DNA of 64,000 nt from Candidatus Woesebacteria bacterium (GCA_021208605.1 JAJOJK010000002.1:103851-167850), one strand, 5' to 3'; counted from the stretch's first letter, positions 39,425 through 50,666 are shown. Made by a program: numbers and translations. The notes: generated by a model from the sequence alone, not told the origin.

Positions 39425-40112
39425 CCGCGTAGCCGCCATCTTTGGTACGAGTCGTCCAACCGTCTCGTTCGTGGACCAACTTAGCGTCCTTTTCACATAC
39501 CTGACACTCAACACAAATCACCATGTTTTCTTTCAAAAAGGGACCGGTTCCTGGTGTGCCAAAAGCAGGGATTTCTGGCTGCTCATGCAATTTGCGGCCA
39601 ATACCGTGACCAACATATGTGGTTACAATGGAAAATCCAGCTTCTTCCGCCGTGGACTGCATGGCATGCGAAAGATCGCCGACGCGATTCCCCGCCACAG
39701 CTAACTTGACAGCATTGGCTGTCGCCGCTTCACCCACTTCCATGAGACGTCGATGCTCAGGACTCACTGCACCAACAGCAAATGTCCGGCAGTGATCACT
39801 ATAATAACCGTTAAATTTGACACCAAAATCAATACTCACCAAATCGCCTTCCGCAAAAACTTTGGAATCGTAAGGAATTGAGTGGACAACTTCGTCGTTT
39901 ACGCTAATACACGTGCCATATGAATATCCCGGCACTTCTTTGAACGCCGGCGTAACACCATGCTGCTGACACAGCTCCGCAGCCGTGCGCTCTAAATCCC
40001 CGGCAGAAACTCCTGGTTTCACCATACTACCGAGCGTCGCCACAATTTCTGCCGTCACGTGGGCAGCGTAGCGCATATTTTTCAGCTCGAATTCGTTTTT
40101 TATTTGGCCCAT
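39366..40112 (-). CDS. map: Methionine aminopeptidase type I
   Basis: 248 aa; pita-bread metal-site residues (DFG..., HGIGR, ICVECQ). Confidence 0.8.
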   Translation of the reverse strand: MGQIKNEFELKNMRYAAHVTAEIVATLGSMVKPGVSAGDLERTAAELCQQHGVTPAFKEVPGYSYGTCISVNDEVVHSIPYDSKVFAEGDLVSIDFGVKFNGYYSDHCRTFAVGAVSPEHRRLMEVGEAATANAVKLAVAGNRVGDLSHAMQSTAEEAGFSIVTTYVGHGIGRKLHEQPEIPAFGTPGTGPFLKENMVICVECQVCEKDAKLVHERDGWTTRTKDGGYAVMFESMVRVGKKAPEVLSK

Positions 40113-40121
40113 GCGCGTATT

Positions 40122-41444
40122 CTACTCTTCCTTGAGGATTTTCGCACCCATACTATTCAGACGCTCCGTAATAGACTCGTAGCCGCGTTCCACATGGGAA
40201 GCGGTATCAATGATAGTCGACTGTCCTTTGGCAATCAAAGCCGCTAACAAAATGGTAGCGCCAGCGCGAAGATCGGGTACCTTGTACTCAATGGCTTGAA
40301 GTTCAACTGGTCCCGTAATACGCATGGCATGCTGATCGTCGGGATGGTCATCTTCCAGATTAAATTGATAGGTCTTTTCTGGATCTGCCACTTCTGGATT
40401 ATAGAAAGAGACTTCGACGCCCATGCGCTCCAACGCTTCGGCATATTGGAAGCGACGCTGCGACACGGTTTCATGAATCACGCTGGTGCCTTCAGCTTGG
40501 GTCAGAAGGATTGCCCACAGTGGTTGCCAGTCGGTTTTGAAGCCAGGATGGATAGCCGTAGTAACATCAGTAGCGCGGAGTGGCCCTTTGTAGAAGAAGC
40601 GAATGCCGTAATCACCGACTTCATAGCCACCACCAATTTCTTCGAGTTTTTCCAAAAAGGCTTCCATATGTTGGTGACGAGCGTTTTCCACAATAATGTC
40701 ACCTTTTGTCAAAATGGCGGCTACCGCATAGGAAACAGCTTCGTTCTGATCAGGCATGATTTTGTGAATGGCGCCACCCATCTTTTCGACACCTTCCACC
40801 TCAATCACCCGATGCGCCCGGCGACGAATTCGCGCACCCATTTTGTTTAAGAACGCAATCATGTCGTCAATTTCTGGCTCTTCGGCGGCATTTTCAATAA
40901 TGGTTGTACCCTTTGCCAGAGCGGCAGCCATGAGCATGGTTTCTGTACCAGTGTGCGTGCTTTTGGCAAAACGGAACGTTGCTCCTACCAAACCGTCGGT
41001 TTCGGCGTAGAGGCTATTCTCTTCGACTGTAAACCGCACTCCGAGCGCTTCCAATGAGGCCAGGTGGCGATCAAGTGGACGCTTACCAATATTGTCACCA
41101 CCAGGGAATGGTAAACGAGCCTTGCCAAATTTTGCCAACAGCGGACCCAAAAACATAGTTGAGGCACGCGAGCCTTCACCGTACTCAGGACCAATTTCCC
41201 AGGAATCCATTTCAGACGGATCAACAAACAGAGTGCGCTCGCCTGCGTTATAGGCACGCGCTCCCAAACTGTTAATCATGTCTTTGACGAGCTCTACGTC
41301 GCTAATGTGAGAAAAGTTCAAGATACGAGATTCTTCATTTCCCAGCAAAGCCGCAATCATGAGCTTATAGCTCACATTTTTGGCCCCACCGAGGCGAATT
41401 GACCCATGCAGTGGCGTACATCCCTCAACAACATATTTCGGCAT
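40122..41444 (-). CDS. murA: UDP-N-acetylglucosamine 1-carboxyvinyltransferase
   Basis: 440 aa; LHGSIRLGGAKNVSYKLMIAALL N-terminal signature. Confidence 0.85.
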   Translation of the reverse strand: MPKYVVEGCTPLHGSIRLGGAKNVSYKLMIAALLGNEESRILNFSHISDVELVKDMINSLGARAYNAGERTLFVDPSEMDSWEIGPEYGEGSRASTMFLGPLLAKFGKARLPFPGGDNIGKRPLDRHLASLEALGVRFTVEENSLYAETDGLVGATFRFAKSTHTGTETMLMAAALAKGTTIIENAAEEPEIDDMIAFLNKMGARIRRRAHRVIEVEGVEKMGGAIHKIMPDQNEAVSYAVAAILTKGDIIVENARHQHMEAFLEKLEEIGGGYEVGDYGIRFFYKGPLRATDVTTAIHPGFKTDWQPLWAILLTQAEGTSVIHETVSQRRFQYAEALERMGVEVSFYNPEVADPEKTYQFNLEDDHPDDQHAMRITGPVELQAIEYKVPDLRAGATILLAALIAKGQSTIIDTASHVERGYESITERLNSMGAKILKEE

Positions 41445-41445
41445 G

Positions 41446-42462
41446 TTACTTTCCTTTCTGTTCTCCTATGAAGAATACTTCTCGTTCGAGTTCAATCCCA
41501 AACTGATCAAGTACAGCTTGGCGCACTGTTTCGGCTAAGGCTTGGATGTCGGCTGCGGTAGCACCACCATCATTCACTAAAAAGTTGGCATGTTTGTCAG
41601 AAACCACCGCACCACCAACTCGCGTGCCTTTGAGTCCAGCTTGGTCAATCAACCACCCCGCGGAAAGAACGGTTTTTCCGTCATACTCCGCTTGTTTTTC
41701 TGGCGGCAGCTCGACATTTCGAAACATACACCCAGAGCTGGGAACACCAAGTGGTTGTGTTGTCGCTCGCTTTACAGTGGCTTCACGCAGATTCGTGTCG
41801 AGTACACTCCGCTCACCAGTCAGCAAAGCAAAAATAACACGCAAAATACTCTCGCCGCTGCGGTGGAAACGGGAGTCATCGTAGGCGAACTCACACGCTT
41901 CCTGATTCAACCAGATGCGCTGGCCGTCGGGAGTCAATACCTCTACAGCCACCACGAAATCACCAATTAACTCGTTTGTGTAATGCGAGTTATTGTAAAT
42001 CGCTCCACCGAGTGTGCCAGGAACTCCTAAAAATGGCTCTAAGCCCGACAGGTTTTTACTGACAGCAAACTTCACCAACTCCGCCGTCTTGATACCGGTC
42101 TCGGCCACAAAAAATTGATACTCGGTGAGCTCACGTAAAACAGTTGCCCACCATTCCTCGGCGATCAATGGGCTCACTTCCGACTCCGCCAATACCGCCA
42201 CTTCCGCACACTGATTCAAAATCACCAGTCCATCAATTCCTGCATCGCTGACTAGCACATTACTCGCACCGCCGAGCAGCGTATACGGAATGTCGTTACT
42301 CTGGCAAAACTGCAGGACGGCTACCATTTGGTCCAAGTCACGGGCTTCCCACAACACTTCTGCTGGTCCCCCAACCTTCATGTAGGTATAGGGAGCGAGC
42401 GACGTATGCTCTTGCCACTCCAGATCAGGGAAAGTAGTCTGTAAATCAGTGAAGTTCGACAT
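41446..42462 (-). CDS. murB: UDP-N-acetylenolpyruvoylglucosamine reductase
   Basis: FAD-binding GGASN... motif. Start set at MSNFTDLQ (42462), 17 nt inside the murC 3' end. Confidence 0.8.
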   Translation of the reverse strand: MSNFTDLQTTFPDLEWQEHTSLAPYTYMKVGGPAEVLWEARDLDQMVAVLQFCQSNDIPYTLLGGASNVLVSDAGIDGLVILNQCAEVAVLAESEVSPLIAEEWWATVLRELTEYQFFVAETGIKTAELVKFAVSKNLSGLEPFLGVPGTLGGAIYNNSHYTNELIGDFVVAVEVLTPDGQRIWLNQEACEFAYDDSRFHRSGESILRVIFALLTGERSVLDTNLREATVKRATTQPLGVPSSGCMFRNVELPPEKQAEYDGKTVLSAGWLIDQAGLKGTRVGGAVVSDKHANFLVNDGGATAADIQALAETVRQAVLDQFGIELEREVFFIGEQKGK

Positions 42463-43870
42463 GGTCGTATACCTTGTAAATATCTCCCGCTCCCAGAGTA
42501 ATGAACACATCATCCGGGCCGAGTGCTTGGATGCATTGTAGCATTTCGTCGTCTGGAGAAAGCAGCCGCGCCTGCTGGCCACGGGCTTGTAAATCGTGCA
42601 CAATGTCGTCTGAAGTAATAGAGGGATCAAACGCTTCACGCGCTGAGGCAAATATCGGTGCCAGCACCACTTCGTCTGCTCCTCCCGCGAGCGCGTCGAC
42701 AAACTCATTCCGCAACGCCTTGGTGCGAGAAAATGTATGCGGCTGAAAAGCAATCGTAATCCGTTTTTCTGGGAACCACTCTTTGAGTCCCCGCACTATG
42801 GCTTGAATTTCGCGCGGATGGTGGGCGTAGTCGTCGTAACAGAGTGCACCGGCAACGGTTGTTCCCTTACTCTCAAACCGACGTTGGGTAGAAGAAAATT
42901 CTCGGACAGCCTGAACGATTTCAGACCACTCGCGACCCACATGTTCAGCTACTACTGCAGCATATGCTGCATTCAACAAGTTATGCCTTCCGGGGACACG
43001 CGTTTCCAATTTTCTCGCGCCGAGTAAAACAGAACCGATGCCATCCTCTACCTGCCAGTCACTCAGCTGCACATCATTCTCGGGCTGCTCTCCGACTGAG
43101 ACAGTGGGGGCCTGTATTTTTGCGGTCGCTATCAAGTCGCGGAGATCGGCGTTATCGCCGTTGTAAACCAAAAGCCCATCGGCCGGAAGTTTTTCAAATA
43201 AGAGGCGAAATGCCTTTTGGGTATCGGAAAAATCTTCGTAAACATCTGGATGATCGTAGCTCAAAGAAGTGCAAATCAAGATATGTGGTTCAAGAAAAAG
43301 AAAGCGCGGTGTTTTGTCAGCAATGGGATCAGCCACGTACTCATCGGCCTCAACGACAAAATACTCGGCCGCCGAATCCCAATGACCAGATTTCCCCAGA
43401 TTCGGGATACTCCCCACGCCTACCGCATATGATAACGGCGCGTTATTTTGGCTAAGAATCCAACTGAGAAGTGCTGAAGTGGTGGATTTTCCGCCCACTC
43501 CGCACACCCCAACGGTTTTCTGTTCGCGCGACAACAGTCCTACGGCACCTGCCAAGTGCACAACTTGTTTTTCGGCCTGCAAAGCCTGTTGTACCAAAGG
43601 GTTCTGCCAACCACGATGAGCACCCGAATACACCACCACCGTGGCTTCATCCGGCACTTGCCCCTCGGTGAGTGAAACCACCGGAATCCCCGCTGCTTGG
43701 AGCAAGCTATCTGTCACAAAAACTTCTTCTACATCCGCACCAGAAACGACGACTCCCGCTTCCTGGAGCATCAGCGCCAAAGCCGTCATACCCACACCTT
43801 TGATACCGACCAAAAAGACAGCTGGCTGATCGAGTAAAGAGATATCTGGCAACTCAGCAGTAAAATTCAT
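42446..43870 (-). CDS. murC: UDP-N-acetylmuramate--L-alanine ligase
   Basis: GIKGVGMTALALML and GTHGKTTT-like (GVGGKSTTSAL) Mur ligase motifs; 474 aa. Confidence 0.8.
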   Translation of the reverse strand: MNFTAELPDISLLDQPAVFLVGIKGVGMTALALMLQEAGVVVSGADVEEVFVTDSLLQAAGIPVVSLTEGQVPDEATVVVYSGAHRGWQNPLVQQALQAEKQVVHLAGAVGLLSREQKTVGVCGVGGKSTTSALLSWILSQNNAPLSYAVGVGSIPNLGKSGHWDSAAEYFVVEADEYVADPIADKTPRFLFLEPHILICTSLSYDHPDVYEDFSDTQKAFRLLFEKLPADGLLVYNGDNADLRDLIATAKIQAPTVSVGEQPENDVQLSDWQVEDGIGSVLLGARKLETRVPGRHNLLNAAYAAVVAEHVGREWSEIVQAVREFSSTQRRFESKGTTVAGALCYDDYAHHPREIQAIVRGLKEWFPEKRITIAFQPHTFSRTKALRNEFVDALAGGADEVVLAPIFASAREAFDPSITSDDIVHDLQARGQQARLLSPDDEMLQCIQALGPDDVFITLGAGDIYKVYDHVELH

Positions 43871-43875
43871 GTGTT

Positions 43876-44888
43876 TTATCCTTCAAAATTGGCAAAGAAA
43901 TGTTCTTGTAAAAAAGCGGATACTTTATTAGGATCGTGGCGCAGAATACTACGCTGTAATACATCACCGGCCCCACTTTGGAAAATGGTGTCGGCAATGA
44001 GATCGCCACGAAGAATTTGACTGGACTTATACGTTTCTGCAACGTCATCTTTGACTGGCACCGCTTGTTGCGCGGCATATTTTTCCAGCGCGTCTTCTGG
44101 ATACGACATATTGTTATTCACAATGACATAGTCCAAATCTTCCAGCGCATAGTAGCGGTTGACCTCGTCCAAAAAGGTTTGACAGAATACCCATACGTTT
44201 CACCATATTTAGTCATCAAGTTCGTGAAAAACATTTTTTTCGCGGTGCTTTCGTGTAAAGCTTCTGGCACGCCTTTGACAACAAAATTGGCCACGGTATT
44301 GGTATAAAAATCTCCCGGACCAAAAATAACAAAATCAGCTTCCAAAATGGCCTGCCGCGCATCTTCGCTCAGAGTTGCCTCTGGCTCGGTGCGTAAATCG
44401 ACAATCTTCATGGTGCCATCGTGGGCATCGTCTGGCTCATCAATAGAATGTTCTCCGCGGATCTCAGAACCATCTTCGTACTTGGCCACTAACCGCACAT
44501 CGTCATAAGAAATAGGCAAAATATTACCTTTGACTTGCAAAAGTTTCTTGGCTTCTTCGATAGCCTGTTTTTGCGAACCCACGATATCCGTAATCGCAGC
44601 AATGAATAAATTTCCAAACCGCATGCCGCTGAGGCCTTCTCCCTGGTGGAAGCGATAGCTCATCAGCTCACGCAACAGTGACTGATTTTCTGACAACGCC
44701 ACAATACACTGTGTAATACCAGAGCTCGGCAGCAACCCAAACTGGTCGCGCAGGACACGGTTAGAACCGCCGTCATCGACCATGGTGAGAATTGCAGTGA
44801 TTTCTACGGGAAGTTGTTTGAGGGCGAGCAACATCATGAAGGTACCAGTACCTCCACCGAGCACAGCCACTTTGGGTGTATGACTCAT
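43876..44888 (-). CDS. YvcK / CofD-like (UPF0052 gluconeogenesis factor family) protein, split at an A5 run (44171-44175)
   Basis: N-terminus KVAVLGGGTGTFMMLLALK...MVDDGGSNRVLRD. The C-terminal ORF (DLDYVIVNNN...) joins in-frame if the run has one more A (…SVKPFLDEVNRYY…). Confidence 0.65.
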
Positions 44889-44937
44889 ACACGCTCAGCC
44901 TAGTCGAGTTTCCGCCAGGTGTCAAGCTGGACAGCGC

Positions 44938-45414
44938 TTATTCATGCAAAAGCTCTTGGAGAATATGCCGCGTATTCGCAAAGGTTTTGAGTGATTGCAC
45001 CTCTTCCCAGGTAAACCAGCCAATGCCATGCGCCTCAGCATCTTGATGTGTAAGTGCTTGTTCCGGAATTTCTACTACGTACTCAAGATCAATATGATAG
45101 TGTGCGGGCTGCTCACCATGAGCCGGAATGGATTGTTCCATGACGTATCGTGGACTTGGCATGAGAAACGCGTACTCGTCAACATGTTCGCCAACCACTA
45201 ACAACTCAGAAATATCGAGTCCCGTTTCTTCCTGCACTTCGCGCACCGCGGCTTGAATGGGATTTTCGTCCGCCTCAATGTGTCCACCTGGTTGCATCCA
45301 GGTGTCGAGTTTCTTGTGGTGCACGAGCGCCACCTTGCGCGGCGCAGAATCAGAAATCAACCAGACCGAAGCGGTAAATTGCTTTGCACCTTCTGCTACA
45401 ACCACCTTGCTCAC
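44938..45414 (-). CDS. NUDIX hydrolase
   Basis: NUDIX box GGHIEADENPIQAAVREVQEETG. Confidence 0.75.
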   Translation of the reverse strand: MSKVVVAEGAKQFTASVWLISDSAPRKVALVHHKKLDTWMQPGGHIEADENPIQAAVREVQEETGLDISELLVVGEHVDEYAFLMPSPRYVMEQSIPAHGEQPAHYHIDLEYVVEIPEQALTHQDAEAHGIGWFTWEEVQSLKTFANTRHILQELLHE

Positions 45415-45418
45415 GGAG

Positions 45419-46681
45419 TTACTTTTCCGACTTCTCTTTTTTCTCGGCCCACTCTTTCACCGCTACATGATCGGACCATGGGTACTCCGTGGTGCCGAAA
45501 CACATGCTTTGCTCGTGGCCTTTGCCAAAAATACCCACTATATCGCCAGGTTTGGCTTCGTTGAGTGCCCAGAAAATGGCTTCCTTGCGATCCGGAATCG
45601 AGATAACTGTGTCGTGAGCACCTTCCGGGATGCCTTCCTTCATCTGGCGAATAATGACGTTCACGTCTTCGGTGCGGGGGTCTTCGGCGGTGTAGACAGT
45701 GAGGTCAGCATTTTCGGCACCAGCTTTTCCCATCAGTGGACGTTTGGCTCGATCGCGTAATCCAGCACTTCCGTAGACTGCGATAAGTCGCTTTTTCGTT
45801 TGTTTGCGGAGGGCTTTGAGGGCTTTATCGAGCGCATTTGGCGTATGCGCGAAATCAACCACTACTTGAAATTCCTCACCAATGTCAAGGAAGTCCATCC
45901 GACCTTTAATGCCCGAAAATTTCTTAATAGCTGCAACGTAGTCGGCATTCTTGACACCCAACTCCTGCGCCATGGTCCACACTAAACGGGCATTCCACTG
46001 GTTGTAGGGTTCCGGGAACCGGGTTTCGACTGCTTCACGTACCGTTTTGGGCATATCCGCTAAGTCTTGCGAGTAGGTTACAAATGGGGTTTGAGATCGC
46101 TCTACTGCTTGCCGCACAAACGCAAACGAGCGATCGTCTGCGTTGAGAACTGCCTTGTTCGCTTTCTGCAGGAGCTGTGCTTTCACTCCAGCATATGTTT
46201 CCCAATCGACAAAATAGTCTAAATGCTCGTGGGAAATATTCGTGATACCAGCCAGAGCAATAGGAATTCCCCAAATGCGGTACTGAAAAATACCATGCGA
46301 AGTGACTTCCAGCACAACATGCTCGATACCCGCCTCCACACAACGATGAAGAATCTTCTGAATCTGTTTGGGTTCGGGAGAGGTGGTATGAAAACCAGTG
46401 TCGATCTCTTCGTCACCAATGTAGGCGGCTACCGTACTAATAAGAGCCACTTTGTAGTTGGCTTGCTTGAGCACTTCGTAGAGCATGGTGGAACTGGTGG
46501 TTTTGCCGTCGGTGCCGGTGATGGCGTAGACTTGAAGTTTCTTTGCAGGAAAGTTGTACTGGAGTGCGGCCGGTATCGCTTCACCGAGTAACGATTTCAC
46601 AACATGCCATATTTTCCGACCAAAATACCGTGCTTTTTGCATAGACCCTTTACTTCGTTTTCTCCTGTGGAGTATGTGCAT
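45419..46681 (-). CDS. murE: UDP-N-acetylmuramoyl-L-alanyl-D-glutamate--2,6-diaminopimelate (or L-Lys) ligase
   Basis: ITGTDGKTTSSTML P-loop plus Mur ligase middle and C-terminal domains. Start position uncertain (46681 or 46642). Confidence 0.8.
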   Translation of the reverse strand: MHILHRRKRSKGSMQKARYFGRKIWHVVKSLLGEAIPAALQYNFPAKKLQVYAITGTDGKTTSSTMLYEVLKQANYKVALISTVAAYIGDEEIDTGFHTTSPEPKQIQKILHRCVEAGIEHVVLEVTSHGIFQYRIWGIPIALAGITNISHEHLDYFVDWETYAGVKAQLLQKANKAVLNADDRSFAFVRQAVERSQTPFVTYSQDLADMPKTVREAVETRFPEPYNQWNARLVWTMAQELGVKNADYVAAIKKFSGIKGRMDFLDIGEEFQVVVDFAHTPNALDKALKALRKQTKKRLIAVYGSAGLRDRAKRPLMGKAGAENADLTVYTAEDPRTEDVNVIIRQMKEGIPEGAHDTVISIPDRKEAIFWALNEAKPGDIVGIFGKGHEQSMCFGTTEYPWSDHVAVKEWAEKKEKSEK

Positions 46682-46695
46682 CGTATACTGTTTTT

Positions 46696-47967
46696 TTGCA
46701 GCAAACAAGCCAGAAGACATATATACTGAAAGAAGAAGTAAAGGATAAAATGAGTCGAGCCGAACAGATCCAACAAGAGTTTTTTCCAGATACAATCCAA
46801 AGCGCTATGCTTCGTTTTTTAACTCAGTCATATCCCGAAAAATCAAAAAAGGCCCTCGGTGAATTTCTTAAAGAAAGTAGTCCTCTTACAAATGAGGAAA
46901 TTGATACCCTGCTTTCCAATCTTTCCCCAAAGATTATTCGGGATCTTTTTGTACTGCTCAAAAAGGCGAATCTGGTCGTTATAGAAGAAAAAAATGACAC
47001 AGGTGACTCGACTGTGCGTTCAGAGGTGGGAGAAAAAAAGGAGCCGGCAAGATATTTGCTTTCTGAAAAAACGGCCGGTTCGGGCGGTGTCGGAGCAGTA
47101 TACTTTGCCTATGATTTAAAAATGAAGCGATTGGTTGCAATAAAGAACAATACTGATACCTTCTCATTACCTCACCTGGAAGCCCTAGAAATAGAAGCGA
47201 AACAACAAAGCGCCACACACAACTCCAATATTATCACGGTATATGACCTCCTAAAAATTCCAGACTTCTTGTCGGGAAATAGAATTCCCTATATGGTCAT
47301 GGAGTGCATGGACCCCGAAACTTCAGCCACTCTTCAAGACATTCTCAGTGGTTCTAGCCCTGATACCGACGAAATACGTAACTCGACTTTTGAACTGAAC
47401 CACTCTCAAAACACTATGAGCCGAGTTTTCACTCCAGAAGCTGCACTCACTATCATGTACGACATCTTGGAAGTTGTTGACCTCCTGTACAAAAACGGAA
47501 AACGGCTTCACCTAGACTGGAAACCAGAAAACGTTTTCCTTACACCAGAAGGCACTAAAGTAGCCGACTTTGGCCTCCTTGCTATGAGCCAGCATTCTAA
47601 TTTTCAAGATAATCTGTTTGGTTCACCACGCTACATGGCTCCCGAGCGTATTCGACCGAATGAACCAATCAATCTTGCCACAGAATTATACTCCTTAAGT
47701 CTTCTTCTGTATACATTAATTTGTGGCTCAAACCACCCTTACGCCGAAGGACACCACCCAAGGGCGGTACTCATCGCCATCTTAACGAATAAGCCAGATC
47801 AACATATAGAAAGAAAAGGCATTGTGAAAGCCTACGCTGAGAAAACAGGTCTCAATTATGAGAAACTCCTGAATTTCTTTAAAATCACCTTAAATCCAAT
47901 AAATGAGCAACGTCCACAAACAGTGGAGGAGTATCAGGATCTATTAGAGAATGCTTTTAGCCACTGA
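46696..47967 (+). CDS. Eukaryotic-like (Hanks-type) Ser/Thr protein kinase with N-terminal extension
   Basis: Gly-rich loop GSGGVGAVY, VAIK, catalytic loop HLDWKPENV, DFG and APE (SPRYMAPE). The start may be the internal Met at 46750. Confidence 0.65.
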   Translation: MQQTSQKTYILKEEVKDKMSRAEQIQQEFFPDTIQSAMLRFLTQSYPEKSKKALGEFLKESSPLTNEEIDTLLSNLSPKIIRDLFVLLKKANLVVIEEKNDTGDSTVRSEVGEKKEPARYLLSEKTAGSGGVGAVYFAYDLKMKRLVAIKNNTDTFSLPHLEALEIEAKQQSATHNSNIITVYDLLKIPDFLSGNRIPYMVMECMDPETSATLQDILSGSSPDTDEIRNSTFELNHSQNTMSRVFTPEAALTIMYDILEVVDLLYKNGKRLHLDWKPENVFLTPEGTKVADFGLLAMSQHSNFQDNLFGSPRYMAPERIRPNEPINLATELYSLSLLLYTLICGSNHPYAEGHHPRAVLIAILTNKPDQHIERKGIVKAYAEKTGLNYEKLLNFFKITLNPINEQRPQTVEEYQDLLENAFSH

Positions 47968-50666
47968 TTTGTGTAAAGCTTCGTTTTAGGTCTTCAAAAT
48001 GGTCCTTCGGTGAACGTGGGAGAGATTTGCCTACGGGCAGTACTGACGAAAAAGATACAGTCGATTCCGCTGAATTAAACGAAAAAAGCCAATCTAGCGA
48101 CTGCAAAGCACCAGCATCTACTGTATACGACATAGCATCAGACATATAAAAAGTTGTTACCATATCAAAGTACATTTTCGGATCCAAATTATAGCTTTTT
48201 GCTTTTTCAAAAATGCCTTGAGCTGTTTTCTCTGCCGTGTGCTCTCCCGGATTTTTAAAATACTCGCCAATAAAATCTTGATCCACCAAAGCCTCCCCCA
48301 ATTGAATCATTAACTCTGAAAAACCAAGTTTTTTCATATGTTTCTTGAGCAAAGGAACCGTAAACTCATGTTGTTGTCCGACATCATTTTTTTCGGCCAG
48401 CGCAATCGGTTTCCCAATATCATGCAAAACGAGAAATACTCGCCAAAAAGATCGTAAAGCGGGGAACATATCTGAAGCAAAATATTTTTCGTATTGCCGA
48501 AGCGTCATTAGAGTCGATTTTGCGAGTGAGTATCGCTCCAGAGGAACCGCTAGCTGAATCATCAGGTCATCTATTTCCGGATCATCGCGGAACAGAGCAA
48601 TAAACTGTACGGGAACTATTTTTTCCTGTTGAGCAGTATCAATAATTTGTTTAGATTCATAAGATTCTTTTTCTTTAGATTTTTTCTCTCGCAGCTTGTC
48701 TTTGCTGGCATACCCATAGAGATCGTATTTTCTTAAATCTGCGGTCTGACCTTGCTCTCCAGTCATGTAGAAGGTACCAGAATCAACTGACGTATCTTTT
48801 GCCTTGAGTTTTTCTTGAAAACTACTTTCGGTAATTGTTTTTTCAGTTAAATCATCAACGAAAACGACATTATTTTCTACCCAAATATCGAGATCCTTCA
48901 TTGATTCTTGCCATTTTTCCTCTTGGCGCAGTCTCTCTAACATTTGCATAAATGAAGTTTTTACTTCGTTTTTAACAACAAGAACCATTGGCTCTTGCTG
49001 AATATCTAATGCAAAACCTGGACTAGAAGGACTCTCTGTGACATACGAGCCATCAAAAACATGCAGTCCATCAGCTTCCATAAACTGTCTACCAGATAAT
49101 ACATGCCTTCGTGAAAAAACAAATGACACACCATCACCGTACCCGCTTGCCGGAATATTTTCTGAAAAGCAAACTTGATGCGTTTCTTGATCCAGTGATT
49201 TGCCTTGTGAGTATTTTTTTATTTCATCAAATTCTTCTTTCGTGATTGTCTCTACTTTGCCATTTCTTTCGATAACAATACCCTTTGACGTTGACTCGAC
49301 GAACCGAAAACTTTTTGTTGTCGCCGTCGAAAAACGAAAACTCCCAAATAACTCTTGCTGCGCAATCCGAGACGCTAAGTAGCCTGAACGCAGAATAGCT
49401 TCGACCGTATCCATACGAGCTGAATGCCAAAGTGTTTCTGAACCCTCAGCAAAGGCTCTATTCTTTTCCTTTGAACTACGCACAAACATATTGATATCGG
49501 ACAACACCCCAACACCATCAACTACAACCGGATTTTCATTGAGTTCTTCTGAGTTCGCAATAATTTGGTGAATAGGCAAGCTCATCCTCATAAGAAGATT
49601 TTCAAGTTGCTCCGTCACGTATGGATTAGCAATATAATCACTTTTCCCAAGCATACTTGATCCTCTTTCCATATTCTTCCGAATAAGGCGAAGACTAGGG
49701 TTTATACGTGAAAAAGCAGACTGAGCAATATCAGTCGCAAGTGATTCTAATTCTTTCTGTGTGGAATCAATAGAAACCTGTAACTGCTTTTGCTCTATCT
49801 CTATTGTTTGAAGAGAAGATGCTACATCTCTAGAAAAATCACCAAATCCACCCAGCTTCTCATATAATTTCTGAAATACATCATTTTTTTGCTGAAACCA
49901 TGCTTCCATTTGAGAAACAAGTTGTTTTCTTTTCTCCATCTCTTGAACAATATGCTGCCATTCCTGAGAAAGATCTTCTAAATCAGTCTTACGTATCGTT
50001 TTTTTTGCAGCACAGTTTTCTCTAACAGACTCTACCTTCCGCCAAAATAGTGACATTGCATTTGAATCCAATGCTGCTTGTTCTCGCAAAATACGCTGTG
50101 GCAAACTCCGCATTCTTCTGAGTAATTCAGACGTAATCTGTTGTGCATATTTTTCAAAAGCTCGCTGTTCAGCTTTCGAAAAACCCCGATATTTTTCTTC
50201 TGACAATCGACTGTAAATCTCCAGAGGCAAACTGTGTTTCCTTTTCTGAAAGCTCTTTCCAAAACGTTGCTTCCATATCAGTGGTGTAAAACACACCCCG
50301 CAGAGACTCAGAAACTCCTTTCCTCTGCTCGATTCCACGAACAATTGATTCCAAATTTCGTAACAATCCTTCTAAATCAGCTGTTATTGACTTAACAGAA
50401 ACTGTTTCTTGCGAATTAGGACCAAAAGAAATTTGATCAAAAAGAGGCAAAGTGTCGAGTAAATACTGGGCTTCATCAATAACAGAGTTCGACACTTCTC
50501 TATTTTGCTCCTCTACCTCCTGGACTTTTTCACGCGATCGCCGAGGCAATAAATCAGAAACAACCAATCGGGGTTCTCCGATTGGTTCTTCTTTTTCAGC
50601 ATCTTTACGCTCGGATCGTTCTTGTCGAGGCTGCAAAAGAGTATCTTTTAAATCAGCTGCCGACAT
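47957..50666 (-). CDS. Large (~900 aa) coiled-coil protein with C-terminal HDIGK (HD-like) motif, split at a T5/A5 run (50192-50196)
   Basis: ORF 50169-50666 joins ORF 47957-50344 in-frame if one A is removed (…SIVRRKYRGFSKAEQRAFEKY…). The C-terminus carries VFLVLHDIGKPIA. Confidence 0.5.

Noticed and set aside
48000-48200. Confident HD-domain phosphohydrolase call for the C-terminus of the 900-aa protein
   Set aside because: An HDIGK motif is present, but the upstream metal-binding His of a canonical HD domain was not found. Described only as HD-like.
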